The position numbers and the translations under genes were made by a program. Below are positions 43,782 to 57,329 of a DNA stretch of 64,000 nucleotides, one piece after another (the stretch's first letter is position 1; each line of letters opens with the position of its first letter). The DNA is from Eledone cirrhosa (taxonomy: Eukaryota). The DNA lies in the NCBI GenBank assembly GCA_964016885.1, contig OZ024740.1, forward strand, positions 310,310,001 through 310,374,000, given 5' to 3'. Below the pieces are notes generated by a model. The model did no database searches. It had not been told where the DNA came from and saw only the letters and a program-made list of their open reading frames with translations.

Positions 43782-44326
43782 AAACGTTTTAAACTAACAA
43801 GTAACCCAGAGTATTTATCTTTCTCAAATTTTGTCGCTCATCTCTACTCGCCATTTAATGCATTTTTCCATTTGATTCCTTATATTCATAAAAAGTGTAC
43901 ACTGAATGATATTTAAATTTACAAACCTATATCTTTGCTAAATTATTTTTCAGATAATGTGCTAACACTAGTTCTATATTTCAATTTTAGATATGCAGAA
44001 CATAACACGAGGATATATCTTTTGTTTAACTTTCATGTACGGAGTCTTCGGTGTATTATACCTCTAGGTATATATTCATACTCATTCCTCGTTTATATTT
44101 TGTATTCAGTCTCACATATATTGTTACTTAATTCATTTACAGCTATCGCTTTTAGTGTAATGGATATAATCTAATAATGATCCTCTCTAGCTTTATAACA
44201 CCAATCATATTTAGGTTTATTTAAAATGTGATAATGTAAACTTTTTCTATGTATATAACATAATTGTGATCACTAATACTCAATAACCAAAAGTTATACA
44301 TACGTGCGCACACACAGACATACACA

Positions 44327-44383
<57 letters not shown>

Positions 44384-45144
44384 TATAGCTGTCTAAACGG
44401 GAGATGAAAAATGAGTAGATTGATTGTGAATGTTATTTTCTTATAGACGTGAGGCTGTGCTAGTTGTTTAAAGAAAAGAAGTCTTGTGCTTAATGCACTT
44501 ATTCAAACTAATGTTTGGTTCCAAACAATTTTCCACCTTCTTTTCAATACTCTGCAAAACCTGTTTGGGTCAGTTATTAGGGACAAGAACAAAACAAGAC
44601 GAAAATGCTGTAGAAAGTTATGGATAAAATAATTAATAAAATATCATTGTGGGATAAAAAGAAAATGGATAATTTTAGAGGAGTCAGGTTAGTGGAGCGA
44701 AGCAAGGTCAAGAAATCTAAGGGGAAGGGTGTAGTATCTAAGTTTTTACTTTAGTTGATAGACTGTTGTAAAGAAGCTCTCTTCCAGGTAAAATTTAATT
44801 TAACAAAGGAGACTAACTTATGTTCATAGAATACAGCACTAACGCAGAAGAAAATACAACGTCAGTGTGGTCTCAACCAAAATAATTTTCTGTGATATGG
44901 GCAGTGGTTGAAGAAACCCAAATGGGTAGTTATGCATCTCTTAGTAGAAGGATGGATCCTAAGTATACTCTACTTTTTCTCCGTGCACAAAAGACAGTTC
45001 TTTTATCCGTTAACGTAGAATCTGGACTTTTATGGGTTCCTCCATTTTATGGAGAATTCCTTGCCGTTCTTTTATATATGTATGTATATATATTACATTC
45101 GTTCACACGAATATAATGGTATACTGAAATATACAGAAACGCAT

Positions 45145-45225
<81 letters not shown>

Positions 45226-45247
45226 CGCACACACGCACACACGCACA

Positions 45248-45317
<70 letters not shown>

Positions 45318-46649
45318 TAGATATATATGTGTGTGTGTATGTCAAGACTTGAGCTTTGATTTCCTGAGATACTCAAACCGACGAGATTCTGCACAATTTC
45401 TGAGGATCCAACTTTTTCTCACGGTTTCACTTTAACTAAGATACCATATATCCCGCACCAGAATCAAACAGGTAACTCATGTTTTCAAAGGAAATTACTC
45501 GGACACCCAGCCATGACTCCGTATGTACTCAAATATTTATGATTAATATAGTTACGTACTAGCCATCCTACCAGAGATTATTATTGACAAATTATATGTT
45601 CCAATTCAAAGAAGCAAGATGATACCGTGATTCAATCGACCAGCTAAAAATAATAGCTATGTTTACCAAAACTCACCCTACTCTCCGAAAAATGAGAAAT
45701 ATTTTGAAATATATCATAATAAATGTGGAACAAAAAGATGGCCAAAGATATTACGCCATTGGTCATTTGTCCCTTCAATCAGAGCTGATCTGTAAACTAC
45801 AAAAAAAAATCAGCATAAAATCATCATGGTTTTGAATTGACTAACACAATAGAGAACTAGTATAAATCTTACGTGATATATAGATAAGTAACTTTAATTT
45901 CTATCTTTAAATTCATTATTTCAAAGTCGATAAAATAAATATAAATTAAATCAAGTATAAAGAAAGATTATATCAACTACATCAATTCTCATATGTGAAA
46001 TTATATAACAAGGCCAGATAAGGTTAGTATCAATTCTCAATGATTATTGATGTTTGTACAAAGAATTATCCTCGCCTGGGTGTGTTTTGCATCACTCCGG
46101 ATCATTCAATTGCTTTCCACAAAGTTGAAATATAATACAATTTAAGTTGGCAACTTTGCACAACTAGGCTTCTTGACATCCTTGGCTTTACCCGACGGCA
46201 ATTTATGCGTTGAAACTATGCGAATATTGTGAATAAGCGGATTACAATGTCAGCTTAAATCATGAATCTTTATTAATTCATTGATATCAATGTCTTAATG
46301 ATTGCCAGAGATTTTTGTAATAAATGTTTGTAGGTAGTGTTATAGTTAATAACTATTTCTAACACAGACAGAAGGCGTTACATTTTAGAAGAGTGAAGTA
46401 ATCAGATTAATTCGATCAATTACAGAATTTTATCTTATTTTATTTACACCAGAATGTTGAGTGTGAGGTTTAGTGCGGCGGGATTAGAATCCAACATGAA
46501 ACTAAATGCTGCAAGTGATTTACCCTGTACTCAACCGATTGTAACCACTATTGAAATACCAATAATTGAAACACTTAATACATACTATTGGCTTCAGAGA
46601 AACGTGTATGTGACAGATATATTCCAGCTTGGTCTATGAATATATATAT

Positions 46650-46850
46650 AAAGAGTTAGGACCCCGACGGCTGAGCTCCGGCCGTTTCGACATCTAGATT
46701 CGAACTGTCCGGATCTAGCTGCGGTCGAAACGGCCGGAACTCAGTCATCGAGGTCCTGACTCTTTTTCTATTACCCACTCTGCTACCCTAAGTGTCGAGT
46801 ACTCTGGTGCATTATGGTCCACCTGCTTTCTTACCACACTTTCTTTGTTA
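46650..46850. mobile_element. Divergent family A fold-back hammerhead-half element (opposite orientation)
   Basis: ggaccccgacggctgagctccggccgtttcgac...gtcGAAAcggccggaactcagtcaTCgaggtcc followed by attacccactctgctaccctaagt...ttaccacactttctttgtt(AT)n. Confidence 0.85.
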
Positions 46851-46888
46851 TATATATCTTTATATATATTATATATATATATATATAA

Positions 46889-46927
<39 letters not shown>

Positions 46928-46974
46928 CACTCACATATATATACACATCTATGTATATAAATACACATATATAT

Positions 46975-47100
<126 letters not shown>

Positions 47101-50100
47101 ATAAGTATATATATATATGTATACAATATATTAATAAATGGAAACTATATTTATAAAACCATATTTATTTTATTATATATATTTCCAGGGCAACCAAGGC
47201 AATGCATATATATGTACATATATTATGTGAATGCAGACATATGGATGCTGGTTTTCTGCAAATATTTTTTGTTCACTCTCATATATTTAAGCGTATTTTG
47301 CCTTGCACGTGGCATCGTATCTTTCTTCCACTCCTTGCAAATATTTCTGCATCTCTACATTTGATTTTCACACTTCCCTAGATTATCACCTCTCTACGAC
47401 CTTCGGCTATCACGCCTATCTAAAGTGTCATCGTTCTGATTAAATTATTTGGCTTCTTTTACTCTCTAAAATTTTAGTTTAGCGTCCTACCAATGCTTTC
47501 TTTCTCGGTTGCTTACTCATGTTAAACCTTTCTGTTTTTTTATTTTTTGGTTTTGCCATGAATGTAAGAAAACGACATCCTCCCTGTTTTCCTATCTTAG
47601 ATAAAGTTAAGTACTAGAAACTATAGATACGCTCCATCTCATGTAAAATGAACTTATTACATTCTTCCTGAAATACATATCATTAATGTTCAACATAGAT
47701 TCTGACAAATTGCCTTGCATTCCTGAGTTTACCCAAATAAGTTTACTTATACACTCACAAAGATGAAATTTGCCTTCATACATATTTTCAAATCTTATAT
47801 AGTATTTACATGGAGGAGATGATAACGACAGCGAGTGAATTTTAAATATTGTAAAATATGAATAGAGTTTCCTCATTAAGTTTATCGTATACGGAATTCG
47901 TATTTTGTAATGAATATTATGCGTATATAAGCTCGGCTGAATTGGAAATCAAAATTATTTAAATAGATAAAATACTAATTGATCTTATGCAGTGTTCAGC
48001 TGACTCTGACCTACATAATATTCATATCATTTGTAACATTATTGTGGATTGAATATGTCAACAAATTCCTGAATAGCTACAATTTTTGCACTATACATTT
48101 ATGCTGCCATATTGCGTTAGAAAAATGGTTTGATAAACCCCTCCTCAAATATTTTCAATTGCAGATCGTGCATGACAATGAAAATATTATGCTTCTAGAA
48201 TGACTGACGTCCATCACATCGAGTAAAATATAGTTTCTGAGAATATTTTATTACATCGATGATAATTGTTCGCCAACAAATGTCGCGTATAACAATATGT
48301 TTAAAAATCTGTCCTTTTAACATATAAAACCTCTTTCGCGGTGTATGTACCGTCCATGAATATTCATATGTCATCCATTTTACTGGAATGGCTAATACAT
48401 AGTTTACATTGCTTCTTAAAGTACTCCTGGTTTTATCAAAGCATTACTCACATATGATCTATTTTCATAAGTAAAAGTATTCATTAACATTTTCTTTGAA
48501 ATAGATGTATATAGTTTTACTTAATATATATATTTTCGACAGGAGCCAATTTCTAAAAGAAACATTTCTACGAAACTGTATATAATATAACTAAAATAAA
48601 ATTTGGGGTAAAACCTAAGAGAATTGTATTAACAAAGCTTAGAGAATAAACAAAAGGATATTTGGAACCGAGGGAACAGAAACGAAGAAATAAATGAAAT
48701 TAAACGATATTATTCATTCAAAAGGAAAAAAAAAAGAAAAACTACATTTGATATTTTTCATGTAACACGGTATTTTAATATGCGGAACAGTTAATTATAA
48801 TACTTGAATGAATCTGAAAGATTTCAAAGAAATTATGCGATAAAAATATCCAAGTACAAAATATTTGAGAAAAAGCACGATCGACAAATAGATACTTCAT
48901 CTATATCTATATCACTAAATACCTTTAGGTTATCGAATCAATCAGATTGTAACTTAATGTCATATGTGGCAACACAACAATTTATTAAAGAGTTTCATCT
49001 AAATATGCTATGAATAGCGTAATAGTACTCATTCGGATTTTGATTAAACAGCATATCTTAATACTGTGTGGTAAATGTTTTATTTATTTATAAACATCTT
49101 TCTTAATATTTTCAAATACGCCACTTGTTAATAATAGGATCCTTATACGAAAGAGAAAGAACTGGAGAGGTATAAGATGCGGTTTGTGATGCAAGAGCAG
49201 CTACTAAGTTTGTTAGATCTGGAAGCTGCATATATAAAAACTCTCCTTCGAGAAGTTGCATGCAGAGATTACGCAGTGTACTTGGGTGTAGATGTTGAGT
49301 AAATCATCTGAAAAGATGTTGGTGAATGAGAGTGGGAGTGGAACAAAGGAGATGAGTTGATATAATGTGTTGGGCTGAGATTAATTTTATTATGTAAAGT
49401 TATAACAGACTTTTAAATGATTCGGACTTGTCGATAAGAAACCGCCCCGCTATTACAAATAGATGTTTAGCTCAACGTTCTATATATGTTTCGTAATACT
49501 ACAAATATATCGAATTATTTTTTATGCTCAAAAGACATCAATATGTTTGGAGTATAACAAATTAAATATGAACCAAATTAAACCTGGCACTTTCCAAAAG
49601 CACTCATTATGGCTGGTGTAATAAAATTTCAGAGAAACGAATACCATATTCCAGAGCATATCATAACTATGCCAGATTTCGTACCTAATCTTTGTTTTAA
49701 TTTATTTTATTTATAGCATGACCGGTTGACGAACTAATTTTCTTTTATAAAATTGCAGATAGAATCCAACCTCAGTCTGCCAATCTTTTTAGTAACTTGA
49801 AGCAATTTCAGTTGGAAGCAATTACTGTTGGAAAATGTATTGTAGAAATTGACAATCAGAATAAACCAAGATTTCATATAAAGCTGTAAGAAAGACACCA
49901 AAGTTTATGTCTTTATTCTCTACAATATTTAAATCCACCCGTCTTGAATGAATCTATTATTTACCGCAACAATGATTTCTCTCATTGTGTCAATACAAAT
50001 ACCCATTATTATTCATCTCCAGGCTTGAATAAACGTATACTTCCAGCATGTTAGATCTCATATTTCCTTTGAAGGCTGTCATTGATTATCACTATAATGG

Positions 50101-50587
50101 TGTTTTAAGAGGCATGCTTAGAAAGGTAAAGCCTTCATGCAATTCAATATTGGCTTATCACATTAACAGCTATGACCCGTCATTCTATACTCATAATGAT
50201 ATGTATTTGCCGATATAGTATATCATTAAATAATCATGATTTATTTTGCAGTTAATTTATGTAGTTGAAGTCATAAAGACTGAGACTACTTAGAATTACT
50301 ATATAATTCAATGTCAATTAATATATTATTAATCAGAAGCAATTACGCTTATCCATAGAAATGGGTGACAACCTTTCAGGAAGTGTACATACTGTTAATG
50401 TATCTATACGTTTAGCAATACCTCACTGACAACAAATAAAATTACAAATGGTGTCTAAATAGATTTGACACGCCTTTTCATGATTATGGAACCCCGTAGT
50501 GGCCGCATATATATATATATATCCATAGTAAGTACAGTGAATATTTTGAAATTTACTTTGAAACTTTTTCTTATTTGCTAAACCCTG

Positions 50588-50663
<76 letters not shown>

Positions 50664-50667
<4 letters not shown>

Positions 50668-50828
50668 ATAGTATAGAAGAGGTTTTAAACTAATTTTACT
50701 CAACAGAGTACATAATACTTGGGATAGTAGAGTATGACTTCATTAGAAGAATCAGCGGACCACGGCTGAGCTCTTGCCGTTTTAACAGAGTCTGAAACGC
50801 CAAGAGCTCAACTCTCGGGCCCCGACGC

Positions 50829-50836
<8 letters not shown>
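50664..50836. mobile_element. Distant family A-like fold-back element
   Basis: agagtacataatacttgggatagtagagt...cggctgagctcttgccgttt...GAAAcgccaagagctcaactcTCgggcccc in (AT)n. Confidence 0.65.
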
Positions 50837-50862
<26 letters not shown>

Positions 50863-50868
<6 letters not shown>

Positions 50869-51047
50869 ACATTCAATTCGTTTGCAATTATGCAAACAAT
50901 CCTCAATTTTACAGCCATGTCAGTAGAATGACCCCTTCGTTCTTGCTCTTGTGTTGGCATGTGAATAGATCTGAAGTGTTCATTCTACTGACATGGCTAT
51001 AAAATTGAGGCTTGTTTGCATAATTCCAAACGAATCTAATGTTATTA
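50863..51047. repeat. Fold-back hairpin, ~70-bp arms, next to (AT)n
   Basis: ataataacatt...gtcagtagaatga / tcattctactgac...aatgttattat. Confidence 0.85.
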
Positions 51048-52007
51048 TTAATATTCGAAAAACTCACATTACATTTATATATATATATGTGTATTGTGTG
51101 TGTGTGTGAGTGAGTGAGTGCGTGTACATGTGTGCATGTGAGTATCTATGTGGATGGGGGGGGGGCGGAACCACTGTTCTATGGCTGAGTTCCCCCTTTG
51201 GACGGATCAGATAACATTCTGAATAAATCATCTTGCATTAATTCTCATTTGAGGGACATGTTACAGCTGAATGATTTCATTGGCCCTATACACACATACA
51301 TGCATATACATATACACACACAAACACATACTCATCCTTCCCCACCAACCCACAAGATATATCTATTTGATTTAGTATGGTTCAAATGTATCGCTCCGGA
51401 GGCGTGGTTTCATTACGATTGACAGGTTCGGGACATATCAGAGATGAAATCCTGAATAAATAGGAGTGGGGGAGAATGGTGTGTAGAGAGCGGTTGTATA
51501 TATGAGATTATGGCTTATGGTGTTTGTTTTGCCTGATATTTTTATTGTTTTGTTTTATATGCCATTAATAGGCAAATGCAGTATTTTAATGTAGCCCTGA
51601 GACATCATGTTTAATTCAAATGTATCTACGTTCATAAACAATAGGTCAAAACTAAATAAATTTTGTTGATATGGAAGATTGTGTGTGTTGTTTTAGATTT
51701 CTACGTTGTGTCTGCGTAGGTCTTGTGTATGTAGTGTTTGGGGGCGGTGCATGTGTGTCGCGTGGGTGTTGAGTTGAGGAGTAGCTATTGTTTCTGTTAA
51801 TAGTTTGGTAAACTCGATGGATGTTTCAGATGGGTTGTGTAAGTGGAATATTTGATTGGATAATTTGGGGACTATTCTGGAGTAATATGTCTGTTGGTAA
51901 TAACGTCATACCTACCATTATGTATGACGTATTATACGGGAAAGTTCTTTGCAATGTACGTATAATTATGTGTTGTAATGGACTGGCATCTATTACTACC
52001 TAATTAG

Positions 52008-52078
<71 letters not shown>

Positions 52079-52132
52079 AATTAATAAAAACAATGAATAA
52101 AAACAAAGACACAGTTCCTTATATTAAAAAAA

Positions 52133-52272
52133 ATCATCATTTTACGATCGTTTCTAGGATATATATGTGTGTGTTGGTATGTATATCATATAGATCTATG
52201 TAAACATTTTACAAACTATCAGAGGGAATATACATACCTACACATATATATGCTATCTTCAGAAATAATTAT
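52133..52272 (-). ncRNA. Type I hammerhead with ~100-nt stem II (mirror on plus strand at 55215-55353)
   Basis: attattt-CTGAAGA-tagcatatatatgtgt...acacatatatatccta-GAAA-cgatcg-TA-aaatgat; palindromic stem III ACGATCGT. Confidence 0.85.
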
Positions 52273-52972
52273 ATTTGTTTATTGAAAAACAAACAACAAA
52301 GATTTAATATAATAGGTCTGTTTGGGAACAGGTTTTGAATTGACCAATAGAAAAGTAGTAAGTTGATAGAATAGTAGTAGTAGAAATTAAATTTAGGGGT
52401 AGAGGAATACAGACTTCAGTTTTGAATGGAAAGAATATTTTGGATGAAAAGATTACTTTGGGGATGAAAAGAGGTCAAGCCGGTGAAAGGTACACGAAAA
52501 TTTGATGTTATTAAAGAATAATGCTAATGTTAAAATCGAAGGAGAATAACATTTTAGGATAAATGTGTTAGTGAGAAATACCAATCTTATTTAAAACATA
52601 AGGAATTTAGTCTATAAAAAGAAATTAAATTAATTTAATTGATATGTATACTTATAGGGATAAATTTATATTAATTCATATAGATGTGATAAATAAGAGT
52701 TATTAAAGAATGTTGTTAAAAACGAAGGAAAAAGTTTTTTGCGGGATAAATGTATTAGTGAGAAATAACAAACTTATATAGACTACAAGTAATTTAGATT
52801 CATAACAGGAAATTAAAATAGTTTATATGTATACCTATAGGTATTAATTTTAGGAAAAGTTAGCTGTAAAAGGGAAATAAAATTATGAAGTTCTCAGTAG
52901 TAAAATACTAATTATAGGTTAACTAAATTTTTAAAAAAATAATGATAATAATTTGTAAAATATAAGTGTATA

Positions 52973-55110
52973 TTAATTAGGTTTATAATATTTGAAAGTT
53001 CTTCTAATTCTATGATTGCACGATATAATTAATTCTTGTCGCTTATTTAATAGGATATCCTTAGATTTCATTATTTCAAAAAGTTCCTGGGAACATAATA
53101 TACACTCATATCTGTTATTTTGATAAGGGCTGGCCCTTTTGAGAACACTCCAGGTCAGGTTATAATCGATATTCTTTTTTCTATAATTATTAATTATTTC
53201 AGCCAAGGATGTTGTATTAGCTAAATCTTACTTTAAATTGGTTAGAAGTAGCTCCTATATATGAACAAGTTGAGTCTTTAGTGCTAATTTTACATTTATA
53301 TACTATGTTATTAATAAGGCAATTTCCTTTTAATGGGCAATTTGCTTTGTTTCTACAGCTACAACCTTTCGTGAATATTATATCAGGGGAGTTAGTCAAA
53401 TTAGGTGTGGAATTTACTCGACTTGTTGTATGTGAAGGAGATGGTGGTTTGCTGTGGTTTCTTTTAGTATTATGGTTAGTTTGATGTGTTGGTGGTATAT
53501 TCATGTTTTCTTTTATATTTATATGCATTGTGGGCACTTATATTTTGTTGTATATTTTTGGTAGTGGAATAGGAGAATTTGACCGTTGATCTATTTAAAA
53601 TTTGATGGTATTTATGGTTTGGCGGGAAGTTTTTCTCTAGGAGAGTAAAACAAATTTTAGGGATATTATTTTTAATTTGTAGATTAAATAGAACATTATA
53701 CCAAGTAACTCGTCTATTACGGTTTCGATGCTGTTTTTTATTTTTATACGATGTATCCTGATGTTTACTAAGAGAGTTAGTATTAGTGAATTTATTATAC
53801 ATATGTTTAGTTAGATTCACTGATTTAGGTGTTTTAGCCTGATTATTAGGAATTTTGTTAGTAATATTATTAACATATATTGGAGTATTAGGATGAATGG
53901 TTTTTTGAAAGTTAATATATTGTATGTGAGAAGAGGTAGAGAAATTAAGTTTTAAGTTGGTATTTTGGGGTATAGTGTGAGTGGCATTTAGGTGTGTATT
54001 TTTCATTTGGTGTTTGTTGGTAATATTGGGTTGTATGTTTGTACTATTATTGGTACAAGGTATATAGACTAATTTGTTTTTGTGGCCGCTTCTAGCTAAA
54101 GCATCGTTATAAAAGGTCGCATTTTTATCGAATACATCCTGGTTAGATGAAAGGTTAAAAATTCTGAGTGATACATTATATACTAGGTTTTTAAGGATAG
54201 ATCTAGGGTGATTGGATTGTGAGTGTATGTAATGTAAGTTTTGGTTAGGTTTATGGTAAGGTTGGTAGATACCCGTAGATAAGTCTAAAGTTATATCAAG
54301 GAAATTAACTACTTTACTGGTCTTTACAAATGTAATAGTGAGACTATAATAGTCTTTGAGGAAAGTTCTCATAAGTTTTTTATTTTTTTCAATTTCTGAT
54401 AGGCTAAGGTTAATGGAAAGAAGAAGACAGTCATCACGATATAAACCACCTTTAAGGTGGGGAAAAGAAGCATTTATGTTAAATAGAAGAAACAGGCCCA
54501 CAAGATCGGTAATTTGGGCAGAATCACTAGAGTCCATAGTAATGTCGAATAGATTACTATATGTATTTCTGGTCCAGTATTCCTTTTGAAATTCCAGAAA
54601 TGTTTGTCTAGCGTGCGTGATAATATTAATGTCATCCATAATTAAGTTTGATCTATTTTTGGCAAATATCAAGGCTTTGTTCAGGAGTATGGGTGATATA
54701 GAGGGATAATAAGCATCTATATCGAATTGTAGAAATGAAGCAGATGATTTATTTCGATTATTAGTAAACCAGTTAATTACCTGGGATGTGTTTTCCCAGA
54801 GTGGTAAATTAGCATGTTTTCTTAATTGTGGGATGACTCTATCTAATTTTTTTTTTACTTATGATGTCAATGTCAGATTTGGAAGGGCATATAAGTCTTA
54901 TAGAAGGATTACAGTTAAAATTAGATTTGTGGTCTTTCAGGTTAAAGTGTGGTTTTTCAGGATTACAGTTAAAATTAGATTTGTGGTCTTTCAGGTTAAA
55001 GTGTGGTTTTTTCAGTGCCAAAGGTTCAGTTCTATCTTCAATATTCAGTTTATTTACTATGTCGTGTGTTTGTTGTTGATATTGTTAAGTGCCGCATTAT
55101 TTGTTTATTT
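52973..55110 (-). pseudogene. PLE reverse transcriptase + GIY-YIG endonuclease, frameshifted
   Basis: LKDHK..F....RLI.PSKSDI, FLQFDIDAYYPS, LYRDD, FLDITLDL, YHKPN...SNHP, CSCRNKANCPLKGNC...IVYKC...YIGATSNQFKVRF, CILCSQE...LNKRQEL...CNH; includes an in-frame 54-bp duplication at 54905-55012. Confidence 0.93.
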
Positions 55111-55527
55111 ATAATTTTTCCTGAGTTGTAATTATCAATATCCATGTGCTACAGATTTCCAGTTTTGTCAGAACTCAGGAAAAATTAAAGATTGTTTTTT
55201 TTCAATAAACAAATATCATTATTTCTGAAGGCAGCATATATATGTGTAGGTATGTATATTCCCTCTGATAGTTTGTAAATGTTTTACATAGATCTATATG
55301 ATATACATACCAATACACACATATATATCCTAGAAACGATGGTAAAATGATGAATTTTTTAATATAAGGAACTGTTTCTTTGTTTTTATTAATTGTTTTT
55401 ATTAATATATCTTCACTCTGTTTTCCTGTGATTCTCATCGTAAAAATGTATGAATACATCTCTTTTCATGATATCTGGATTACATACGGATTGGACACTA
55501 CGGTATATTTTGGTAGATTTATGTACA

Positions 55528-55630
<103 letters not shown>

Positions 55631-55700
55631 CCAGGAAGCTCCAACCGTTAAGGTTGGCTTTTTTTCGGGTATGTCAATATTTATTTATAAAACAAATCTG

Positions 55701-55766
55701 TATTTTATCTGATGAAAGCGCAACATAATTTGCCTTGATTGCCCTTGAAATATGTATAATAAAATA
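55701..55766 (+). ncRNA. Type I hammerhead ribozyme related to family B
   Basis: tattttat-CTGATGA-aagcgcaa...ttgccctt-GAAA-tatgta-TA-ataaaata; perfect 8-bp stem I identical to the 13077-13147 copy. Confidence 0.82.
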
Positions 55767-55853
55767 ATTATGGTTTTATAACTATAGTTTCAATTTATTA
55801 ATATATTGTGTAGTTACTCCACTAACTTGTTGACTGCTTTATATCAGTTATAA

Positions 55854-55930
<77 letters not shown>

Positions 55931-55984
55931 ATATTTATATACATATATAGATTTATATACATATATATATATACATATATATAT

Positions 55985-56021
<37 letters not shown>

Positions 56022-56343
56022 ATATATAGATATATTTATATATTTCGTTTCTGAATTTGTTTAGCAAGATTCTTTATCTGAAATCGTGTGTTGAAACCGA
56101 TATTGTTATACTTTGGGAGGGTCATGTTGCCAATAAGAAACACACGCACCAGTTGCTTTCACTTCAATTTATTATATACTTATAAATTTATAAATTTACA
56201 AATCTACAAACTTATAAATATCTGGTTGGTTGGTTGGTTCCACAACCAGATAGTTGTTTATATATAGTCATAGTCCTTTCGTCACACACTCTGTGACCTC
56301 TTCAGTGACCGGGGATTCCTTTCTTCGTTTCTGTGTATATATA

Positions 56344-56405
<62 letters not shown>

Positions 56406-56494
56406 CATATATAATATTAACAGTGTTATTATAATTGGGTATAAACTCTACAAGAGGGCTTAAAGCTCGATGCAATGGGGTTCACGCAGAGCTG

Positions 56495-57161
56495 ATATAT
56501 AAATATTAAAATGCATCAAAGAGTCAATATGCTTTTAAACTAAATGATGTTTCAGTCGTTAGAGCTTCATCCCGGAAATGTGAAATTACAAAATCAGAAA
56601 TCTAAAAGAATTATTTTAAAAATTCTTATCCAAATTTCCTTATGGCTTTACAGTGCATATTTACAGTGCATATTATCAAGCGCACCAGTAAAATACTTCA
56701 CAAAAAAATTGCACTAATGCTTACACAATAAACCAATTGCATCTAAAGCAAATTTTGGAGCTGCTGTCTCACTTTTTATATTGGTACAGCACATTGTAAA
56801 AACTTCTAATGAAACATACATGTCTCCCGGTGAGTCATACCTCATTGGTTGAGGACTTCCTTTAATTCCCTATATGAAATTCTTTCTTGATATAATGTTG
56901 TTGCCGCCATCTCTATATTTGATATATATTAAGTTGATAATTTGTGAAAATAAACTCTGAGGATTCGGATTTTGAGCCAATTCGCGACGGTTACAGTATA
57001 ATACCATAAGGAAATTTGGATAAAAACTTTTGGGAAAAAAGTCTTTTTAAAGAATTTTTTTTAATTTCCCGATTTTGTAAATTCACATCCTCGGGATGAA
57101 GCTCTATTGGCTAAAACATTTGCTAGTTTGAAAGCATATTGACGCTTCGGTGCTTTTTAAT

Positions 57162-57170
<9 letters not shown>
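56495..57170. repeat. Old inverted repeat, ~150-bp diverged arms
   Basis: 56495-56645 vs 57004-57170 (e.g. gagcttcatccc/gggatgaagctc and ttatccaaatttccttatgg/ccataaggaaatttggataa). Confidence 0.8.
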
Positions 57171-57209
<39 letters not shown>

Positions 57210-57329
57210 TCATTTATTATGATTATTGGTGAGCTTTGTTACTCTAAATTTCACCTGTACACTCAAACGATCACCAGTCTTTTCTGGTAAGTACGCAGAT
57301 GAGACTCCAGAGTAGCAAGACTTAGCCAT

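Noticed and set aside
49120-49400. Possible decayed PLE RT-thumb fragment (similar hint at 44400-45040)
   Set aside because: No motif could be read reliably
51400-52000. Possible APE N-terminus (ILHLPINGI*NK) on the minus strand
   Set aside because: Single weak motif with stops; insufficient
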